Shown in pieces: positions 59,007 to 64,000 of a DNA stretch of 64,000 nt. The DNA comes from Fibrobacteria bacterium. GTDB taxonomy: Bacteria; Fibrobacterota; Fibrobacteria; UBA11236; JADFYW01. A program made the position numbers and the translations under genes. The stretch lies in NCBI GenBank assembly GCA_050294405.1, contig JBNKOC010000028.1, forward strand, positions 453,354 through 517,353, given 5' to 3'. The notes beneath the pieces were generated by a model. The model saw only the letters and a program-made list of their open reading frames with translations. It did no database searches and was not told the origin of the DNA. Every line of letters begins with the position of its first letter. Positions within the stretch are counted from its first letter, which is position 1.

Positions 59007-61196
59007 ATGCCAAACTCATTGTGGATAATTATAGTGGCAGTGATGTTTGAAGGTATGCCTTTGGCCAAAGAAAGCAAAGTGCCATTTAGCGGACAAAGCC
59101 AAATGGCTAATTCAAGTAAGGAATGTGCCGTTTGCCATATCCGTTGGGTTAAAGGCTTTAATGTTAATAGCGAGAATAAAAATAATTCTGCAAATAATGA
59201 AAGACAGGCGGCAAGCCCGGATATGTGCCTATCATGCCATGATGGATCCGTAGTGGATTCCAGGTTTAAAGTATGGTTAACCGATAATCATGTAACGGGC
59301 CTTCGCCCTTCAAATAGGGTGCAAATACCAAAGGAGGTTTTTCCCCTTGATAAAGATGGAAAATTAACATGTGCCAGCTGTCATACTGCCCATGCCATTA
59401 AAGATGACGCAAACTTGGAAAGTGCCATTTTTTTAAGAGAACCTAATATTAACTCTTCTTTGTGTATAAAATGCCATTCTTCATACAATAAAGAAAACCC
59501 AGGACACCATCCTGTTGGGAAGATGGATTTTAAAATACCGGAAAAACTGATTAAGGCTGGAGGTATAACCAATGCAGAACAAAACCAAATGTATTGCGAA
59601 ACTTGCCATGCTCCCCACGGAGCAAAGTTTCCAAGAATGTTAATTTTGCCAGCTTCGGAACTTTGTACCTCATGCCATAAGAGTAAGTCTGAGGAATTAA
59701 CAGCAGATTGGAGTTTTACTATACATCAAATTGGAAAGTATAACGAGGGATTTTACCCTTCCCAAAAAATTGTGAAGAATGGAGCGCTGTTTGGACCAAA
59801 TAATGAATTAACATGTGTGTCTTGCCACCAAATGCACGGACAAGGCGATAATAAAGCGTCTTTTTATTTAAGGTTTCCTAAAAAAGAATTATGCACGGAA
59901 TGTCACCAGGATAAACAAAAAATATTTGGGGGAGAACATGACCCAGCTAAAATTAAATGGAAAGGAAAACCATTAGTTACCTCTGGAAACTTGTGTGTAG
60001 ATTGCCATCCGGTGCACAGAAAAAAACCGGATATTACAAATAAAAAAGATGCCGTTTTTAAAATTGTTGAAAAAGTATCCTGCGAAACCTGCCATAATAA
60101 AAATGGACCTGGAAAATTGGCCGAAAATATTCATGTTAAGAAAAAGGTAAAAGATGCTAATCTTAATTTACCTTTAGCAAAAGCTGAGAAAAAAGGGGAA
60201 ATTAAATGTATCTCCTGCCATGAAATACATAAATCTGACAAGGGAAGTAAATTACTAAGAACCCCCAGAGATAGTTCACAGTTGTGCATGGAATGCCATA
60301 AAGAAAAACAAAAATTGTTTGGTTCTAAACATGATTTAAGAGTAAGCGCTCCCCTGCAACCAAATAAACAAGGCGAAAAACCCATGACTTCGGGTCCGTG
60401 CGGCCAATGCCATTTGATTCACGGTCCTGCCCAAACTAAGGGAGGATGGGCATTTGAACCGGATATAAATAAAAATAAGAATAAGGGCTTATGTATTGGT
60501 TGCCACGATAGCATAATGAAACATTCTGAAAAAGAAATTAGTATTCATGGAGCTATTGAAAAGGCGGAGTCTTGCGCAGCCTGTCACGATCCCCATAACG
60601 GTGAACTAGCAATATTTTTGAAACAACCTGTTTCTAACTCTTGTTTTGAATGCCATGCAGAACCAATTGCAAGGAAAACAGGGGATACTATACCGAATAT
60701 CAAGGGAGAAATCTTTGGAAGTAAAAGTATACATAAACCCGTGGAAAAAGGTAATTGCCAGGGTTGTCACAGGGGGCATAAATCACCAAATCCAAAATTG
60801 CTGACGGAAAAATACCCCATATTCGATTATGTGCCCTTTAGTTTGGAAAATTATTCTCTTTGCTTGCAGGAATGCCACAGTCCTAAAATATTAACGGAGG
60901 AAATTGTAGATACCACTACTCAGTTTAGAGACGGGAATATTAATCTTCATTACATACATGTAAATCAGAAAAAAAGCCGTACTTGTAAATTATGCCATGC
61001 AGCTCATGCCAGTGACATATCACATTTGCTGCAACAGGGGGTGTCTTTTGGCCCGAGGAATTGGAAGATGAAATTAACTTATGTGCCTAAAAACAATGGG
61101 GGTTCTTGTACATCGGCTTGCCATAAAGAAAAAACGTACAACCGAGTAGAGCAGCAAAATGATTTTAAGAGATTACCAGATGTTGAAGCTAAGTAA
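59007..61196 (+). CDS. Multiheme cytochrome c, 18 CxxCH plus 2 CX3CH
   Basis: Hand count; CLQECH and CTSACH are the atypical motifs; FRDGNINLHYIHV module near the C-terminus. Confidence 0.92.
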   Translation: MPNSLWIIIVAVMFEGMPLAKESKVPFSGQSQMANSSKECAVCHIRWVKGFNVNSENKNNSANNERQAASPDMCLSCHDGSVVDSRFKVWLTDNHVTGLRPSNRVQIPKEVFPLDKDGKLTCASCHTAHAIKDDANLESAIFLREPNINSSLCIKCHSSYNKENPGHHPVGKMDFKIPEKLIKAGGITNAEQNQMYCETCHAPHGAKFPRMLILPASELCTSCHKSKSEELTADWSFTIHQIGKYNEGFYPSQKIVKNGALFGPNNELTCVSCHQMHGQGDNKASFYLRFPKKELCTECHQDKQKIFGGEHDPAKIKWKGKPLVTSGNLCVDCHPVHRKKPDITNKKDAVFKIVEKVSCETCHNKNGPGKLAENIHVKKKVKDANLNLPLAKAEKKGEIKCISCHEIHKSDKGSKLLRTPRDSSQLCMECHKEKQKLFGSKHDLRVSAPLQPNKQGEKPMTSGPCGQCHLIHGPAQTKGGWAFEPDINKNKNKGLCIGCHDSIMKHSEKEISIHGAIEKAESCAACHDPHNGELAIFLKQPVSNSCFECHAEPIARKTGDTIPNIKGEIFGSKSIHKPVEKGNCQGCHRGHKSPNPKLLTEKYPIFDYVPFSLENYSLCLQECHSPKILTEEIVDTTTQFRDGNINLHYIHVNQKKSRTCKLCHAAHASDISHLLQQGVSFGPRNWKMKLTYVPKNNGGSCTSACHKEKTYNRVEQQNDFKRLPDVEAK

Positions 61197-61284
61197 AATT
61201 TAAAACATATTAACTGAGTTGACGGAGTTATTTTGCACATCGTTGCACAAAAATCAGGATGTTTGCTTTTTTTTGGAAAACCAA

Positions 61285-61312
61285 TTGACAAGTTAAGATA
61301 ACTTGCTATTTT
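61285..61312 (+). promoter_or_regulatory. Putative integrase promoter with an overlapping palindromic operator
   Basis: TTGACA (61285) - 16 bp - TATTTT with an extended -10 TG; CAAGTTA-aga-TAACTTG at 61289-61305. Confidence 0.5.
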
Positions 61313-61425
61313 TAATATGATTCTTGCGGTATTTATATCGAAGAACATTCAATAGTCCTTAGCAGAGCAAGTAATATTAATTATTTGCCTCGTTAGATCA
61401 TATTTTTTAAAAAAGCCGGAGTTGA

Positions 61426-62394
61426 GTGTTAGATAACATTCATACTGATAAAATAGTTGGGTTTTCCCAAAAGAATTATTCGACTTATTGGGTTCAAGTT
61501 TGGTTAAAAAAGCTGGATAACGCCATAAATCAAAGAGGTTATTCTCCCCGTACATTGGATAATTATCGCCGAGCAACATTTAATTTTTTGTCTCAATTTA
61601 ATAAGCATCCACTAAAAATTTCTCACCAAGAAATTGAAACCTATTTACTTCAATTGGCAAAAGAAAAAAGTTTAAGCGAATCCACCTATAACTTGCATAT
61701 TTGCGCTTTGCAGTTTTTTTTTCGGACTGTATTAAACACAAATATTAATTCGACAGCCCTCATTAAGAAAAAAGTACCAGAAAAATTGCCCGAAGTTTTT
61801 TCAAGAGAAGAGTTACAGCTCATTTTTGATAACGTTAACGGACTATTTGAAAAACTTCTACTAAAGAGTGGGTATGCATTTGGTTTGCGAGTCAATAGAG
61901 CGATTGCATTAAAATTGTCTGATTTTGATTTGAAACGAAAGACTTTATTTGTTAAAGCAGATAAAGGAAAAAAAGACAGATTGGTGATGCTTTCCGAAAG
62001 CTTTTTAAGGGATTTAAGCCTTTATTTAAACACTTATTATATAGACGATTATTTATTTCCCGGTTCAAATGGTGAAAAATATATCACAGACAGAACTGCA
62101 AATAGAATACTTCAAAGAGCTGTCATAAAGTCGGGAATAAAAAAGAAAATATCTTTTCATACTTTAAGACATTCATTTGCTACCCATTTACATGAAGATG
62201 GTTATTCGCTCCGCGATATCCAATATTTAATGGGACACAGTAATAGTAAAACGACCGAAAAATATATAAAAATCTCTACACGCCATATTTCTAAAATAAT
62301 AAGTCCTTTAGACAGGTTCGAAGGAAAATTTGACAATAATAATTTAGGGGAAATTTCTAACAACAATGCTAACTTTAACAAACGTGTGGCATAA
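61426..62394 (+). CDS. Tyrosine recombinase, integron-integrase-like (SAM-like N-domain) but without the IntI-specific insertion
   Basis: GYSPRTLDNY, KLPEVFSREE, GLR, KGKKDR, HTLRHSFATHL, MGH..TTEKY, ISPLD tail. Confidence 0.9.
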   Translation: MLDNIHTDKIVGFSQKNYSTYWVQVWLKKLDNAINQRGYSPRTLDNYRRATFNFLSQFNKHPLKISHQEIETYLLQLAKEKSLSESTYNLHICALQFFFRTVLNTNINSTALIKKKVPEKLPEVFSREELQLIFDNVNGLFEKLLLKSGYAFGLRVNRAIALKLSDFDLKRKTLFVKADKGKKDRLVMLSESFLRDLSLYLNTYYIDDYLFPGSNGEKYITDRTANRILQRAVIKSGIKKKISFHTLRHSFATHLHEDGYSLRDIQYLMGHSNSKTTEKYIKISTRHISKIISPLDRFEGKFDNNNLGEISNNNANFNKRVA

Positions 62395-62399
62395 TAAAT

Positions 62400-62464
62400 G
62401 ATGTGTCTGATAAAACAGCATTATGTCGGCATACAGACGACAGTCTGACAGAAGGTAGTTGTGG
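62400..62464 (+). other. Candidate attI site
   Basis: GTTGTGG core at 62458-62464 (same GTTGT core as the array sites), preceded by GTCTGAYA-like direct repeats at 62405, 62425 and 62443; no partner palindrome. Confidence 0.45.
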
Positions 62465-62524
62465 GAATAAATAATCAATAATAAAACATCTCTTAAAGTG
62501 AAAATACTAAAAAAAGGAAAGAAA

Positions 62525-62872
62525 ATGAAAAGAACATTTATCACTATTTTGATTTTGGCCGCATCCATTTTTGCCAATGGCGAAACAGGTTCTACTTCAA
62601 AAACGAATGTTGCTGAGGTAAAGGTGGCCAACCAGAGCGACCAAGTATTCGTCTACGTTAAGCCTGTAGACGATACTTGGATTCTTAAAACCGGCGGCAC
62701 AACATACTGGATTTCCCAAGTATATTTTGGCGGCACTGACCAAGAGGCAACAAATCAAATGTTATCAGCAGTACTTACTGCTAAATCTACAGGGGTAAAT
62801 GTGGTATTTGTTGGCACTCGTGAAAATGATACATATTTCAAGGCTACTGAAATTATTGTTGATCCAAAATAA
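62525..62872 (+). CDS. Cassette gene 1: small secreted protein, putative OB fold (AB5 B-subunit-like)
   Basis: Signal peptide MKRTFITILILAASIFA; NQMLSAVLTAKSTGVNVVF; stop 1 bp before the first attC-like site. Confidence 0.75.
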   Translation: MKRTFITILILAASIFANGETGSTSKTNVAEVKVANQSDQVFVYVKPVDDTWILKTGGTTYWISQVYFGGTDQEATNQMLSAVLTAKSTGVNVVFVGTRENDTYFKATEIIVDPK

Positions 62873-62873
62873 A

Positions 62874-62944
62874 CTACAACAACCGCATGATAAACAACAT
62901 GAAATACAAACCCAAGTCGCTGTCCACCATGCTAGACGTTGTGC
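62874..62944 (+). repeat. attC-like site, family A copy 1 (71 bp, divergent)
   Basis: CTACAAC-aaccg-CATG...CATG-ctagac-GTTGTGC. Confidence 0.7.
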
Positions 62945-62984
62945 CATAAAATATTTAAAAAATGTTAAACATAACTTATATAAA

Positions 62985-63087
62985 ACCTAACAACCTCATA
63001 ACCAATAAGGATTTGAGCCTTGCCAAATTTAAAAAACCTAGAAAATGTTTTGGACACCGGCGGCCCAATCATATGAGCCTGTTAGGA
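62985..63087 (+). repeat. attC-like palindrome, family B copy 1 (103 bp)
   Basis: ACCTAAC-aac-CTCATA...TATGAG-cct-GTTAGGA. Confidence 0.65.
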
Positions 63088-63152
63088 GACGTTTAAAATG
63101 ACAATAAACCTGAATTTACTAGAAATTAGCACATTTAAAAGAAAGTAACATA

Positions 63153-63233
63153 TCACAACAATCGCATGGCAGAAGGTGAAAAATAAAATGATTAAAAAAT
63201 CAAAGAAGTCAGCCGCCATGCTACACGTTGTGT
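63153..63233 (+). repeat. attC-like site, family A copy 2 (81 bp)
   Basis: TCACAAC-aatcg-CATGGC...GCCATG-ctacac-GTTGTGT. Confidence 0.8.
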
Positions 63234-63273
63234 CATAAAATATTTAAAAAATGTTAAACATAACTTATATAAA

Positions 63274-63376
63274 ACCTAACAGCCTCATAACCAATAAGGA
63301 ATGGAGTTTTGTCAAAACTAAATATCTTAGAAAATGTTTGGGGCACCGGCGACCAAATCGTATAAGCCTGTTAGGA
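63274..63376 (+). repeat. attC-like palindrome, family B copy 2 (103 bp)
   Basis: ACCTAAC-agc-CTCATA...TATAAG-cct-GTTAGGA. Confidence 0.65.
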
Positions 63377-63441
63377 GATGTTTAAATTGACAACAAATCT
63401 GAATTTACAAGAAATTAGAACATTTAATGAAAAGTAACATT

Positions 63442-63522
63442 TCACAACAATCGCATGGCAGAAGGTGGAAAGAAAAATGATTAAAAAAGGCATTAAGTTA
63501 CCCGCCATGCTTCACGTTGTGA
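63442..63522 (+). repeat. attC-like site, family A copy 3 (81 bp)
   Basis: TCACAAC-aatcg-CATGGC...GCCATG-cttcac-GTTGTGA. Confidence 0.8.
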
Positions 63523-63568
63523 AAGTTTGGATTAAAGAAAACCAACAGATAAGACAAAGGGTAAAAAA

Positions 63569-63895
63569 ATGATAAAAATACTTGTATGTTTAACAATACT
63601 AACTTCATCAATATTTGCTGATTCATGGATTACTTCAAGTGGGTCTAAAATATTGAAACCTACTAACTTCGGTTTTTTCAAAAGTAATCCAGTAATTTCG
63701 TTTGAGGGAGAAGTTGTACCAGCTAATTCTGCAGGAGGTGATGTAGGCTACTATTATTTTGATGATTCATTTAAAACAGAAGCAAATTTAAAATCTTTAA
63801 TAGCATTAATGGCTACGGCAATGTCTACAGGGAAAAACGTTCGGGCTAGGGTAGACACTGAAAATAAAATAATAAAGTTATATGTGGTAAATTAA
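63569..63895 (+). CDS. Cassette gene 2: small secreted protein, putative OB fold (AB5 B-subunit-like)
   Basis: Signal peptide MIKILVCLTILTSSIFA; NLKSLIALMATAMSTGKNVRA; flanked by family A sites. Confidence 0.75.
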   Translation: MIKILVCLTILTSSIFADSWITSSGSKILKPTNFGFFKSNPVISFEGEVVPANSAGGDVGYYYFDDSFKTEANLKSLIALMATAMSTGKNVRARVDTENKIIKLYVVN

Positions 63896-63900
63896 ATAAC

Positions 63901-63981
63901 TCACAACAACCGCATGGCAGAAAATGAATGATAAAATGATTAAAAAAGACAATAAGTTAGCCGCCATGCTACACGTTGTGC
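63901..63981 (+). repeat. attC-like site, family A copy 4 (81 bp)
   Basis: TCACAAC-aaccg-CATGGC...GCCATG-ctacac-GTTGTGC, 5 bp after the stop of cassette gene 2. Confidence 0.8.
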
Positions 63982-64000
63982 CATAAAATATTTAAAAAAT

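Larger units (their letters stand above)
62938..63515 (+). repeat. Two tandem 289-bp non-coding units (62938-63226 and 63227-63515); a third begins at 63975
   Basis: Gap-free manual alignment with about 39 substitutions (~86% identity); each unit starts GTTGTGYCATAAAATATTTAAAAAAT. Confidence 0.9.
61426..64000 (+). mobile_element. Integron-like element (integrase, candidate attI, cassette array), truncated at the window end
   Basis: Integrase followed by short genes whose stops abut palindromic AAC...GTT recombination-site-like repeats. Confidence 0.8.

Noticed and set aside
62765..62990. Short ORFs 62799-62990 (+) and 62765-62947 (-)
   Set aside because: They overlap cassette gene 1 and run through an attC-like site; most likely spurious.
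62874..64000. CRISPR array
   Set aside because: Repeats are 71-103 bp, degenerate and flank whole genes; the intervening segments are themselves repeated; no cas genes are in the window.

Overview
AT-rich bacterial chromosomal window. The lineage is probably Fibrobacterota or another FCB-group member; this is inferred from the bS21 sequence and secreted-protein style and was not verified. (1) 1-39.7 kb: a two-component signalling block, secreted proteins, and housekeeping genes (mutS, scpAB, glmS, glmM, dsbD, rimO, rpsU, a type IV pilin, dprA, metG). (2) 39.7-61.2 kb: a ~21.5 kb extracellular-electron-transfer-like locus with seven multiheme cytochromes (80 CxxCH plus 4 CX3-4CH motifs by hand count). 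It includes a clear homologue of the Geobacter nanowire cytochrome OmcS with a companion-like operon (beta-propeller, beta-barrel, two CsgG-like proteins, PPIase, 26- and 16-heme cytochromes). It also has a divergent CbcL-like cytochrome b/c module, an enhancer-binding protein lacking GAFTGA, and an IS630-derived HTH gene coupled to the operon. (3) 61.4-64 kb: an integron-like element. A short tyrosine recombinase lacking the IntI-specific insertion lies co-oriented with an array of two alternating families of attC-like palindromes. The array holds repeated 289-bp non-coding units and two gene cassettes for secreted proteins resembling AB5-toxin B-subunit OB folds, and it runs off the window end. 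All calls come from reading the sequence; no searches were run.
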